A DNA stretch of 63,044 bases, taken from assembly GCA_944392865.1 (NCBI GenBank), contig CALXYD010000003.1:1-63044 (forward strand), written 5' to 3'. The DNA is from an uncultured Alphaproteobacteria bacterium. Its GTDB lineage: Bacteria; Pseudomonadota; Alphaproteobacteria; RF32; CAG-239. Within the stretch, counting starts at the first letter, position 1. Each line of letters opens with the position of its first letter. Positions 26,723 to 36,359 of the stretch are shown piece by piece. The notes under the pieces were generated by a model. It ran no database searches. It was given only the letters and a program-made list of their open reading frames with translations, and had not been told where the DNA came from. Made by a program: the position numbers and the translations under genes.

Positions 26723-27049
26723 ATGTGTGCAAAAATTATTAAGCTCAAACAAAGTTTGAATGTCCGGATGGACTGGTGGAACGGTTTTTTGTTTGTATGG
26801 TCGCTGATGTTGCTTTTTTTTGCAATTATTACGGCGGCAATGGATTTCATGGCGGTCGGGAGATGGCTGCTGTGGCTGGCGCTGGCGGCGTTTATCGCTT
26901 CAAAATCGGTGCGTGTCGTGCAAATTCTTTTTGTGGAAAAAGGGTTTTACTTTGCGCAATTGGTTTATTTGTTGGCGGTTAATCTGGCGCTCGGCGGCGG
27001 CGCGGCGTATATTCTGACTGATTTGGTAATGAGGCACTACGGTTTTTAG
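26723..27049 (+). CDS. Possible small membrane protein (start uncertain)
   Basis: Three hydrophobic helices (FLFVWSLMLLFFAIITAAM, WLLWLALAAFIA, LVYLLAVNLALGGGAAYIL). ATG at 26723, with an alternative at 26768. Confidence 0.45.
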   Translation: MCAKIIKLKQSLNVRMDWWNGFLFVWSLMLLFFAIITAAMDFMAVGRWLLWLALAAFIASKSVRVVQILFVEKGFYFAQLVYLLAVNLALGGGAAYILTDLVMRHYGF

Positions 27050-27139
27050 GCCGTGGCGCCTTTTTTTGTTGCAATTTAAAATTGCCGGGGTATATTGGCG
27101 AAAAATTATTTATTATGTCTAATTCTAATTTTTTGCGTG

Positions 27140-28087
27140 ATGAAAAAATTATTAGTTTTTTTGCAGACCGGACTGCAAGGGTCGTTGAGCCGCAGATGGG
27201 TTGCGATTGTGAAGTCGTGGTATATTCTGGCATTGTGCCTGTTTGTTTCGGTGTGGCTGGCAATGGTTGCGCCGTTGCTTATCGGTTTGCCGTTGTTGGT
27301 TTATTTCGGTTTTTACCTGTTTTTGCTGGTGATGCCGGAGAGTGAAGGGACGCTTGTCTTTAACGACAAAGTTTATAGCTATGCGGTTTATACGAAGAAA
27401 CGCGTGTTTCGGCACGGGTGTTGGCGTTTTGCCGATGGTCTTTTCGTTTTGATAAAAGATGATGAAGCGGTCAATATCATTCCGATTAGCGGATACAGTA
27501 AACGGTTGGTTTTGGTGTGGTCGTTGCTGATTAAACCGGCAAGCGGCGACAGTTGGACTTTGTATAGCCAGAATTATCCGCAGGGGCTTAAGCTCGGCGA
27601 AGCAATCGGCGAGATGGAAATTTTGTTTTGTGACAAGGCTGAGCAGAAGCTGTGGATAGTCAATCCGCTCGGGGTATACAGCATTCCCTGTTCGGGCAAA
27701 GCCGTAGCCGGCGAAACGATGGAATCCGATGATTGGGACAAAGCATTGTATATCCGTGTGGCGGACGGCAAGGAGGTGAAATTTTCGGGGCTTAATATGT
27801 GTCGTGTTCCCGAAGATGAGGTTCATCTCGGTGTCTGTTTTGTTCCGGCGAATTTTCCGTATACCGATATTGCATTTTGGCGGGTGGAAAATCCCGACGG
27901 AAGCTGGACGGTTATCCGGACACTGTTTTGCGAGGACGGAATTGTCCATGTGCTGACGGTGCATAATGTGCCGGAGATATTGTTTGAAGATGAGGACGGA
28001 ACGAAGGTTCTGCTCAAGTATGATGCGAAACGCGATGCTTACCAGTTGGCAGAAGTGCCGACGGCGGCAGAAAAAGCGCAGGCGTAG
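27140..28087 (+). CDS. Hypothetical protein with an N-terminal membrane anchor (315 aa)
   Basis: ATG at 27140 (MKKLLVFLQ...). Two TM helices followed by a soluble beta-rich domain. Terminator downstream. The overlapping 484-aa minus-strand ORF is antisense noise. Confidence 0.6.
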   Translation: MKKLLVFLQTGLQGSLSRRWVAIVKSWYILALCLFVSVWLAMVAPLLIGLPLLVYFGFYLFLLVMPESEGTLVFNDKVYSYAVYTKKRVFRHGCWRFADGLFVLIKDDEAVNIIPISGYSKRLVLVWSLLIKPASGDSWTLYSQNYPQGLKLGEAIGEMEILFCDKAEQKLWIVNPLGVYSIPCSGKAVAGETMESDDWDKALYIRVADGKEVKFSGLNMCRVPEDEVHLGVCFVPANFPYTDIAFWRVENPDGSWTVIRTLFCEDGIVHVLTVHNVPEILFEDEDGTKVLLKYDAKRDAYQLAEVPTAAEKAQA

Positions 28088-28105
28088 GTTTGCAATGGTA
28101 AAAAA

Positions 28106-28133
28106 GGGAAAGCCGCAAAGCTTTCCCTTTTTT
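28106..28133 (+). terminator. Rho-independent terminator
   Basis: gggaaagc-cgcaaa-gctttccc followed by TTTTTT. Confidence 0.65.
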
Positions 28134-28234
28134 ACGTGTCGGGCGGGTGTTTTTTGTATCCGTTGCAGCACGGGACAGTCCGGCGATGCGTTTCGGACTT
28201 GACTTTTGCGGCGGGCAGGGGCATATTTACGGCT

Positions 28235-30226
28235 ATGAGCAATCAATTTGAAGTCGTGAGCCCGTTTGAGCCGTCGGGCGACCAGCCGGAAGCAATCAGG
28301 CAACTGTGCGAGGGTTTGAGAAGAGGCGAGAAAAATCAGGTGCTGCTGGGCGTTACCGGATCGGGCAAAACGTTTACCATGGCGAAAATCATTGAGGAGA
28401 TGAAAAAGCCGACGCTGATTATGGCGCCGAACAAAATCCTGGCGGCGCAGCTCTATGCCGAGATGAAAGAGTTTTTTCCGCATAACCACGTTGAGTATTT
28501 TGTTTCGTATTATGATTATTACCAGCCGGAAGCGTATATTCCCAAAACCGATACCTATATTGAAAAGGATTCTGCCATTAACGAGCAAATTGACCGGATG
28601 AGACACGGAGCGACGCGCAACGTTTTGGAAGAAAAAGACGTGATTATCGTGGCGTCGGTATCGTGTATTTACGGCTTGGGAAGCATGGAGTCGTATTCAT
28701 CCATGGCGTTTACGCTCAAAAAAGGCGACGATATTGAGCCGAAGGAAATTTATCAGAACCTGGCGGCGCTGCAATATGAACGCAATCAGGCGAATTTTGT
28801 GCGCTCAACGTTTCGGGTCAAGGGCGATACGCTGGATATTTTTCCGGCGCACTATGAAGACCGCGGCTGGCGGGTGTCCTTTTTCGGCGATGAAATTGAG
28901 AAAATCAGCGAGTTTGACGTGTTGACCGGCAAAAAAACGGCGGAGCTTGAGGAAATCACGATTTATCCGGCGAACCACTATGTAACGCCGCGGCCGGCGT
29001 TGTCGCAGGCGATGATGCACATTAAGGAAGATTTGGCTTTGCGGCTGGAGGAATTGCGGGCGCAAAACAAACTTGTGGAGGCGCAACGGCTGGAACAGCG
29101 GACGCGGTTTGATTTGGAAATGATGGAAACGACCGGGCATTGCAAAGGGATTGAAAACTATTCGCGCTATCTGACCGGGCGCAAGCCGGGCGAGCCGCCG
29201 CCGACGCTGTTTGAGTATTTTCCGAAAGACGCGTTGCTGTTTATTGACGAGAGCCATATTTCCGTGCCGCAAATCGGCGGAATGTATCGCGGCGACCGCA
29301 ATCGGAAGACGACGCTTGCCGATTATGGTTTTCGCCTGCCGTCGTGCGTGGATAACCGGCCGCTTAAGTTTGAGGAGTGGGATAATCTGCGCGCGCCGAC
29401 GATTTTTGTTTCCGCGACGCCGGGAGATTGGGAATTGCAGCAAAGCCACGGCGTGTTCGTAGAGCAGGTTATCCGCCCGACGGGGCTGATGGATCCGCTT
29501 TGCGTGGTTAAGCCGGTTGAGAATCAGGTTGACGACCTGATGGCGGAGTGTCATAAAGTTATCGCCAAAGGCGAGCGGGCGCTGGTAACGACGCTGACCA
29601 AGAAAATGGCGGAAGACCTGACCGAGTATCTGAAAGAAAACGGCATTAAAGTCCGTTATCTGCATTCGGATGTGGATACGATTGAGCGTATAGAGATTAT
29701 CCGTGATTTGCGGCAGGGGGTGTTTGACGTGTTGGTCGGGATTAACCTGTTGCGCGAGGGGCTGGATATTCCAGAATGTTCGCTGGTGGCGATTTTGGAT
29801 GCGGACAAAGAAGGCTTTTTGCGTTCCACCCGTTCGCTTATCCAGACTATCGGGCGGGCGGCGCGCAACGCCGAAGGGCGGGTGGTGCTCTATGCTGACA
29901 AAATGACGGATTCCATCAAATTTGCGTTGGACGAGACCGAACGGCGGCGGAAAAAGCAATTCCAATATAATGTGGAACACGGTATAACGCCGAAGACGAT
30001 TAAAAAGGCGATTTCGTCGGTATTGCAGACGATGACCGAGAGCGACGGTGACAGGGCGCTGACTTCGCCGATTGCGCGCGACAAGATAGAAAACATCGCC
30101 CGCGAGATTAAGCGCCTGACCAAGGAGATGAAACAATACGCGGCGGATTTGGAATTTGAAAAAGCGATGGAATGCCGTGACGAAATTAAGCGGCTGGAAT
30201 CTATCCGTCTGGTGGTGGAAGAATAA
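28235..30226 (+). CDS. uvrB: Excinuclease ABC subunit B
   Basis: ATG at 28235 ([21 protein letters not shown]). Walker [10 protein letters not shown], the DESH box in [10 protein letters not shown], and the C-terminal UVR motif [16 protein letters not shown]. Confidence 0.97.
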   Translation: MSNQFEVVSPFEPSGDQPEAIRQLCEGLRRGEKNQVLLGVTGSGKTFTMAKIIEEMKKPTLIMAPNKILAAQLYAEMKEFFPHNHVEYFVSYYDYYQPEAYIPKTDTYIEKDSAINEQIDRMRHGATRNVLEEKDVIIVASVSCIYGLGSMESYSSMAFTLKKGDDIEPKEIYQNLAALQYERNQANFVRSTFRVKGDTLDIFPAHYEDRGWRVSFFGDEIEKISEFDVLTGKKTAELEEITIYPANHYVTPRPALSQAMMHIKEDLALRLEELRAQNKLVEAQRLEQRTRFDLEMMETTGHCKGIENYSRYLTGRKPGEPPPTLFEYFPKDALLFIDESHISVPQIGGMYRGDRNRKTTLADYGFRLPSCVDNRPLKFEEWDNLRAPTIFVSATPGDWELQQSHGVFVEQVIRPTGLMDPLCVVKPVENQVDDLMAECHKVIAKGERALVTTLTKKMAEDLTEYLKENGIKVRYLHSDVDTIERIEIIRDLRQGVFDVLVGINLLREGLDIPECSLVAILDADKEGFLRSTRSLIQTIGRAARNAEGRVVLYADKMTDSIKFALDETERRRKKQFQYNVEHGITPKTIKKAISSVLQTMTESDGDRALTSPIARDKIENIAREIKRLTKEMKQYAADLEFEKAMECRDEIKRLESIRLVVEE

Positions 30227-30345
30227 AACCGGACGCGGGAGCCGGTGAGGCGGATAGGATGCGGGCGGTCGGATATGAGAGCGGGCGAGGGCGATGCTTA
30301 TGAGCCGAAGTTTTGTTATAAAAAAAGAGGAGGATAAAAAAGGCA

Positions 30346-31479
30346 ATGTGGCGGGAAACGGTTGCAGCGGTGGCAATGTCGGTGCTGGCGGTGGGGGCGG
30401 CGCAGGCGGAAGAAGGCTGTTGCGGTATGGATTTGGTGCGGGTGGAGTGTTTTCCTGAATTGGGAACGATGGAAATCATGATGAATGATTTTTTGCATCT
30501 TGATTTGTATTATATACAGGATAATGCCGAGAAATGGGCAAAACAAAATTGTTTTACCTTTTATAACTTTGATAAGGCAGACAGATTCCGCCGAACAAGT
30601 TGTCGGCTGAACGGCAATTTGTATGAGGTAAAATTTCACAGCGCTTATTGGCCGTTTCGTATAGATTATGCCATTTATAAGAATGGAAAGATACTTTTGC
30701 CGGAGAATGTTTTTTATTCGCCGACACGCATAACAGATACGGATATGCCGGTAACCGTTGCAGAGTTGCGTTTGAATGCCGATGATGACAGTTTAGATGT
30801 CAAATATGTATACGTGCAAGAAAACAGTTATGATGTTGACAATGATTATCTGACATTTGCTACGATTAAAAACGCCGAAGCATATTCCCGATTTGCTGCG
30901 GCTCCGGCAGATTGGCAACGTGATACTTATTTTAGCGAAGATGACGGCAAGGCATTGAACGTGCATTGTTTGGAAGATTTGCAGGCCGTGGAAGTGCGCT
31001 TTGTTAATTATAAAAGCACAATGGCAAAAAAGGCTTTGCAGGCGGATGCCGCGGAACTGATGAAGAAAGGAATATATGTTTTTGAGGCGAATAATGTGCC
31101 GGAAACATTTGAGGCGAAGTGCCGTTTTGAAGGGAAAGAATTTGCGGTAAGAGTTGACAAGGAAACGCAATTAACGGTTTCACGCGAGGGGGAGGAGGTA
31201 ATTTCCGGCATTCGTCTGTATGAACCGGAGCGCAATGAACTGATTACATACGTCCGATATGCGGATAGAGATGATTTTGCGAGAGATGCAGGGCATGATG
31301 CCGTATGGTTTGAATGGTGGGATAAAAAGCAGAATAAGCTGTTGTTTAACCGTTTGCCCGGAGAGTATTGGTCGAGTGAGGATTATAAGCGGACAAAAGG
31401 CCGGGTTTGGACGGTGCATCGTATGGATGATTTTTACAATATGAAAAAATCAACGTATTTTTTTCATTGGACTAATTGA
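30346..31479 (+). CDS. Secreted hypothetical protein (377 aa)
   Basis: Strong SD (AGAGGAGG). Signal peptide MWRETVAAVAMSVLAVGAAQA. No recognisable domain. Confidence 0.7.
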   Translation: MWRETVAAVAMSVLAVGAAQAEEGCCGMDLVRVECFPELGTMEIMMNDFLHLDLYYIQDNAEKWAKQNCFTFYNFDKADRFRRTSCRLNGNLYEVKFHSAYWPFRIDYAIYKNGKILLPENVFYSPTRITDTDMPVTVAELRLNADDDSLDVKYVYVQENSYDVDNDYLTFATIKNAEAYSRFAAAPADWQRDTYFSEDDGKALNVHCLEDLQAVEVRFVNYKSTMAKKALQADAAELMKKGIYVFEANNVPETFEAKCRFEGKEFAVRVDKETQLTVSREGEEVISGIRLYEPERNELITYVRYADRDDFARDAGHDAVWFEWWDKKQNKLLFNRLPGEYWSSEDYKRTKGRVWTVHRMDDFYNMKKSTYFFHWTN

Positions 31480-31514
31480 TATTTTTTTGCCGTTAGCTTT
31501 ATTTGGCCGAGAGG

Positions 31515-31554
31515 AAAGGCAATGTGGCGGGAGACGGTTAATGTTGTGGATTAA
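31515..31554 (+). pseudogene. Duplicated 5' fragment of the 30346 gene (10 codons, then a stop)
   Basis: aggcaatgtggcgggagacggtt at 31517 matches aggcaatgtggcgggaaacggtt at 30341. The reading frame gives MWRETVNVVD followed by a stop. Confidence 0.5.
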
Positions 31555-31722
31555 ACGCGGGGGCGCTTGCCATTTACGGCGGATTTTGAGAAATTATCTT
31601 TCGGGCATTGCAGAAACGGAATTCCGACACTATATAAAACCTTACCTGCGGGGGAGAATGCCCAAATGTCCGCGGGGAGTTTGGTTTAGCAGTTTTTTGG
31701 TGCAATACATAAGGATATTATA

Positions 31723-34248
31723 ATGAGCCGCGTTGATGATAAAGATTTGAACGGAAATAATCATGTAGATGCTATGGATGTCCTGCCGCCGGCAGACGAT
31801 AAGATGATTTTGGAAAATATGGAGTATCCGGTGCTGTCGCTCCGCGATATTGTCGTTTTTCCGGAAAATTCGGCTTCGCTGTTTGTCGGGCGGAGCGCAT
31901 CGCTGAAAGCGGCTAAAGCCGCCTACCGTTTCGGGACGCCGCTGGCGTTGCTGACACAGAGGCAGTCTACGGTTGAAGCGCCGAAAGAAGAGGATTTGTA
32001 TCAAATCGGCACGTTGGCGCGTATCCGCCGTTTTGTGACGATGCCGGACGGGACGCTCAATCTGGCGGTGGAGGGAATCCGCCGGTTTAAGGTAAAGAAA
32101 CTTAATGCGTTCGGCGAATATTACACCGCTTTTATCGCGCCGTATGAATTGGAGGAAGACCACGGCGATGAAATTGAGCTGAAAGCGTTGGCGGCGGTGG
32201 TCAGCGAAAAATTCCGCCAGCAGACGGTGGATTATTCAAAATTGCCCAAGGAGAGCCTGATGGCGGTCAGCCAGTATGACAATCCCGGCCGGTTGATTGC
32301 CGCGGTTATCGGCAATCTGGATATCCGCACCGTGGACAAGCAGGCGCTGCTTGAATGCAGAAACGAACGGGCGATGCTGACGAAGCTTTTGGAGATTTTG
32401 AACGAGGAAGGGGCGCGAATCGCGGCGGAGAACAAAATTAAAGACCGGGTTAAGAGCCAGATGGAGAAAAATCAGCGCGATTACTACTTAAACGAGCAGC
32501 TCAAGGCGATACAAAAAGAACTTTCCGGCGTGGAAAACGAAGAAGAAGACGAAATTCAGCAATACGCCAAAAAAATTGCCGAATCAAAGATGACCAAAGA
32601 GGCGCGCGCCAAAGCCAATCAGGAGTTGAAAAAGCTTAAAGCAGCGGGGGCGATGAGCGCGGAGTCAACGATTATCCGCAATTATCTGGACTGGCTGGTT
32701 GATTTGCCGTGGGGCAAATATTCGCCTATCAGCCACAATCTCGGCAAAGCGATTGAAATTTTGGACGAAGACCATTACGGGTTGACGAAAGTCAAAGAAC
32801 GGATTATTGAATATCTGGCGGTGCAGGCAAGGTCAAAAGATTTGAAAAGCCCTATCTTGTGTCTGGTCGGGGCGCCGGGTGTCGGCAAAACCTCGCTCGG
32901 GCGTTCCATCGCCAGGGCAACGGGGCGGAAATTCGTGCGCGCCTCGCTCGGCGGTATGCGCGACGAGGCGGAAATCCGCGGACATCGCCGCACTTATATC
33001 GGGGCGATGCCGGGGAAAATTATCCAGAACATCAAAAAAGCCGGCGTGTCCAATCCGCTGTTTTTGTTAGACGAGATTGACAAGCTCGGTTCGGACTGGC
33101 GCGGCGACCCGAGTTCGGCGTTGCTGGAAGTGCTTGATCCGGAGCAGAACGCGACGTTTAACGACCATTATCTTGATTTGGATTATGACTTGTCCAAAGT
33201 GATGTTTGTTACGACCGCGAACTCGCTGGATATGCCGCGGCCGCTGCTTGACCGTATGGAGATTATCCGGCTGGACGGCTATACCGAGCAGGAAAAAATT
33301 GAAATCGCCAAGCGGCATCTGATTCCGAAGGTGTTTAAGGAGAATGCGATTAAACCCGAAGAGCTGTTTATTACCGACGAGGCTATCCGCGACGTTATCC
33401 GCTACTATACGTCCGAATCCGGCGTGCGCAATCTGGAGCGCGAACTGGCGACCATTGCGCGCAAGTCGGCAAAGCAGTTGCTGTTGGACAGCGAACAGGC
33501 AGCCGGGGAGCTGAAAAAAGCGGCGAAAGGAAAGAAAGGCGCGGCGGCGGATAAGGCGGAAGAAAAAGCAGCGGTTGCCATAACCGACGGGCATATTACG
33601 GTTACGCCGGAAAATCTGGACAAGTTCCTCGGGGTTAAGAAATTCCACTTCGGGGTGCGCGAAGAGAAAAATCTGGTCGGCGTGACGACCGGGCTGGCGT
33701 GGACGGAAGTCGGCGGCGATATTCTGTTTATTGAAGCGGTTGATATGCCGGGGAAGGGGATTGTCAAGCAGACCGGCAAACTGGGCGAAGTTATGAAGGA
33801 ATCCATTGATACGGCGTATTCGGTGGTGCGTTCGCACGCGCAGGCGCTCGGAATTGAGCCTGAAGTGTTTGAAAAGACCGATGTACACGTTCATGTGCCG
33901 GAAGGGGCTATTCCGAAGGATGGGCCGTCGGCGGGTATTACAATGTATACGACGCTTGTTTCGGTGTTTACGAAAATTCCGGTCAAGAGCGATGTGGCGA
34001 TGACCGGCGAGATTACGTTGCAGGGGCGGGTTCTGCCTATCGGCGGGCTGAAAGAAAAGCTGCTGTCTGCTCTGCGCGGCGGGATTAAGACTGTGGTTAT
34101 TCCGAAAGGCAATGAGAAGGATTTGGCGGAATTGCCGGAGATTGTCAAGAAAGAGCTGAAAATCGTGCTGGCGGAGAATGTCAGCGATGTGCTTAAAGTG
34201 GCGCTGGAGCATCCGGTAACGCCGCTTAAAACAGAAACGGTGCATTAG
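31723..34248 (+). CDS. lon: ATP-dependent protease Lon
   Basis: 841 aa. N-domain YPVLSLRDIVVFP, Walker A GAPGVGKTS, catalytic serine in PKDGPSAGITM. The start could instead be an internal Met about 27-32 codons downstream. Confidence 0.95.
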   Translation: MSRVDDKDLNGNNHVDAMDVLPPADDKMILENMEYPVLSLRDIVVFPENSASLFVGRSASLKAAKAAYRFGTPLALLTQRQSTVEAPKEEDLYQIGTLARIRRFVTMPDGTLNLAVEGIRRFKVKKLNAFGEYYTAFIAPYELEEDHGDEIELKALAAVVSEKFRQQTVDYSKLPKESLMAVSQYDNPGRLIAAVIGNLDIRTVDKQALLECRNERAMLTKLLEILNEEGARIAAENKIKDRVKSQMEKNQRDYYLNEQLKAIQKELSGVENEEEDEIQQYAKKIAESKMTKEARAKANQELKKLKAAGAMSAESTIIRNYLDWLVDLPWGKYSPISHNLGKAIEILDEDHYGLTKVKERIIEYLAVQARSKDLKSPILCLVGAPGVGKTSLGRSIARATGRKFVRASLGGMRDEAEIRGHRRTYIGAMPGKIIQNIKKAGVSNPLFLLDEIDKLGSDWRGDPSSALLEVLDPEQNATFNDHYLDLDYDLSKVMFVTTANSLDMPRPLLDRMEIIRLDGYTEQEKIEIAKRHLIPKVFKENAIKPEELFITDEAIRDVIRYYTSESGVRNLERELATIARKSAKQLLLDSEQAAGELKKAAKGKKGAAADKAEEKAAVAITDGHITVTPENLDKFLGVKKFHFGVREEKNLVGVTTGLAWTEVGGDILFIEAVDMPGKGIVKQTGKLGEVMKESIDTAYSVVRSHAQALGIEPEVFEKTDVHVHVPEGAIPKDGPSAGITMYTTLVSVFTKIPVKSDVAMTGEITLQGRVLPIGGLKEKLLSALRGGIKTVVIPKGNEKDLAELPEIVKKELKIVLAENVSDVLKVALEHPVTPLKTETVH

Positions 34249-34381
34249 GGGCTTTTTACGGCAACGGAAACGCGGCGCGGCTCGGCGGACGGGCGGCGTC
34301 GTGTTTTTTGTGCTTGATAAAGTGGCAACAATACGTTATACTATTTCCAGCTTGCAGGAAAATTTATTCCGGGAGTGCGGT

Positions 34382-35380
34382 ATGTTTGAAGAATTGAAAG
34401 AGGTTATCCGAGCCGTCAATAAAGAGCAGGAAAGCCTGCGTGTGGCGCGGCAAGCCGAAGCGCCGGCGTATATTGCGCACGGAACCCATGTTCCGCCGGA
34501 GAAATTTGCGAAAGCGGTGGCGGATATTGAGCGGCGGGCGGAAGGGCATTTTGCGGAACCGGAGAAAGTTTTTCCGAAGTTTGTTAAAGAAACGCAGAAC
34601 GAACTTGATGCGATTAGAGCATACGGCAGCGGACATCCTGAAGTTATGGAATGTTTTAAGGATGCGGGACAGCGCGCGGCCGTACAGCAGGAAATCGGCA
34701 TTAAAGAAAGAATTTTCGGTATTCCGACGAAAAGCGATGAAAGCGGAAAGCCTGTCTTTGACGAGCAGGGACGTCCGGAACCGCAAGACGGAACGTTTGC
34801 CTATGCGTTAAAAAAATGCAGTGCGTGTATCGGCTTTACGGAAAACGGGACGCCGCTGCTGGTCGGTTTTGAAGATAAATACAAGGATTTTGAACAAGGG
34901 AAAAACGCCGGGCATATATATGTCCTGCAAGGTGAGACTTTTAAGCCGGAATATACGAAAGAGGGGCATATAAGCGAATATACCTCACTTGAATATGCGC
35001 CGATTGTTTACCATCGCGAAGTTTCGCCGAAAGATGCCATGCGGCACGGCGCCCAGTTTGTCATGTTTAATGAGGCGGACGGTTTTGATAACTGGTCGCA
35101 AAAATACGGAAAGTGGCCTTCCGTTCTCGGGAAAGATGTCCTGGCTTCTCTGGCGGATGAAATCAAAAAAGGAAATGCCGCTTATATCAATGAAACGGAG
35201 CGCGGGGAAAATCCGTTGCTGGCCGAACTTAAAATTGCGCAAATTGAAGCGCGGATAAGCCGGAAGCGAATCTGTAAAGATAAGCCGGAGGAGAAACAGG
35301 CGGAGAAAGGCAAAACCCGCGATGTGGGGAAGAATGTCGCGATGCCCGATTTTTTGCAACGAAATGCGAAAGAGCATTAA
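34382..35380 (+). CDS. Hypothetical protein (332 aa)
   Basis: ATG at 34382 after GGGAG. Soluble, no signal peptide, no recognisable domain. Confidence 0.65.
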   Translation: MFEELKEVIRAVNKEQESLRVARQAEAPAYIAHGTHVPPEKFAKAVADIERRAEGHFAEPEKVFPKFVKETQNELDAIRAYGSGHPEVMECFKDAGQRAAVQQEIGIKERIFGIPTKSDESGKPVFDEQGRPEPQDGTFAYALKKCSACIGFTENGTPLLVGFEDKYKDFEQGKNAGHIYVLQGETFKPEYTKEGHISEYTSLEYAPIVYHREVSPKDAMRHGAQFVMFNEADGFDNWSQKYGKWPSVLGKDVLASLADEIKKGNAAYINETERGENPLLAELKIAQIEARISRKRICKDKPEEKQAEKGKTRDVGKNVAMPDFLQRNAKEH

Positions 35381-35614
35381 GTGAGGGTAAAAGGAAGCGG
35401 GGACAGATTTTATACGCAGGGATATGAGCGTTTTTTTATATGCAGGGGCGGTGAAGCCCCTTAATTTTTATGCGGGAGGGGAGGAAAATGGCGGCGGGCG
35501 TTTGGTGTGAGCGTGAGGAAATTTTGCAGGCGATTTTGAGCGTGGGAATATCGGGCGGAGAAATTTTGCGAGATGGTTGGGCGGGGGAATTTGTCGGCCA
35601 GGTCGTTATTTTGC

Positions 35615-35643
35615 TTGACAAAGGGCGGGGCGGCGGTTATATT
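35615..35643 (+). promoter_or_regulatory. Sigma70-type promoter candidate for smpB
   Basis: TTGACA, 17 nt, TATATT, ending 28 nt before the smpB ATG. Confidence 0.55.
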
Positions 35644-35670
35644 TCCGTTGCTTTGAATTGAGGTTTTAAA

Positions 35671-36141
35671 ATGGCAAAAAAAGTGAAAAAATCGGATTTT
35701 ATCGCGTCCGGGCAGGTGGCCGTCAACCGCCGCGCCACGTTTGACTATGCCATTGAGGAAACTTTTACCGCGGGGTTGGAGCTGCGCGGCACGGAGGTCA
35801 AGTCGCTGCGTCTCGGGCGGGCGAGCCTGACGGATACTTACGGGTCGTTTGACAACGGGGAATTGTTTATTGAAAATCTTAAAATTGAGGAATACGCCAA
35901 CAAAGGCTATGAAAAGCAAGACCCGAACCGTAAAAAGAAACTGCTGCTGACAAGGCACGAAATTAACCGGATTATCGGGGCAATGGCCAAAAAAGGCTAT
36001 TCGCTGGTGGCGAAACGGCTTTATTTTAACGAACGCGGGTTGGCAAAACTTGATGTCGGCATCGGCAAAGGCAAAAAGCTTTATGACAAGCGCGAGAGCA
36101 TTAAAGAACGCGAGATTAAGCGCAAACTTCGCGAGTGGTGA
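35671..36141 (+). CDS. smpB: SsrA-binding protein SmpB
   Basis: 156 aa. VAVNRRATFDYAIEETFTAGLELRGTEVKSLR and a basic C-terminal tail. Confidence 0.95.
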   Translation: MAKKVKKSDFIASGQVAVNRRATFDYAIEETFTAGLELRGTEVKSLRLGRASLTDTYGSFDNGELFIENLKIEEYANKGYEKQDPNRKKKLLLTRHEINRIIGAMAKKGYSLVAKRLYFNERGLAKLDVGIGKGKKLYDKRESIKEREIKRKLREW

Positions 36142-36359
36142 GCGGTTTTCAGGCGCAGGTTTGTTTTTTCATTAAAACAATCTTTTTTTAATCTTCCTGT
36201 TAAAACAATAAATCTTTCTTTTTAAAAGAAAAAGTTAAAAATATCCGGCGGGATTTTAACCGGTTGTTTAGAATTGGGCGGGTAAATTAACGCCAGCTTC
36301 CGGCATCAGCGCGTTTTGCGGCCGGGGTGCTCGTTAATACCGATTAAAAGGGAGATTAT

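Noticed and set aside
27152-30376. 484-aa and 523-aa minus-strand ORFs.
   Set aside because: They are antisense to the 27140 gene and uvrB, both of which are well supported. Their composition is Arg/Phe/Asn-rich.
31487-31723. 78-aa ORF between the secreted-protein gene and lon.
   Set aside because: It is Arg/Gly-rich with no SD, and overlaps the duplicated 5' fragment in another frame.
33067-34245. 392-aa minus-strand ORF.
   Set aside because: It is antisense to lon.
35436-35661. Small ORFs and a possible ssrA gene upstream of smpB.
   Set aside because: There is no tRNA-like 3' end (no T-arm plus ACCA) and no tag-peptide frame. The region is a G-rich spacer that ends in the smpB promoter.
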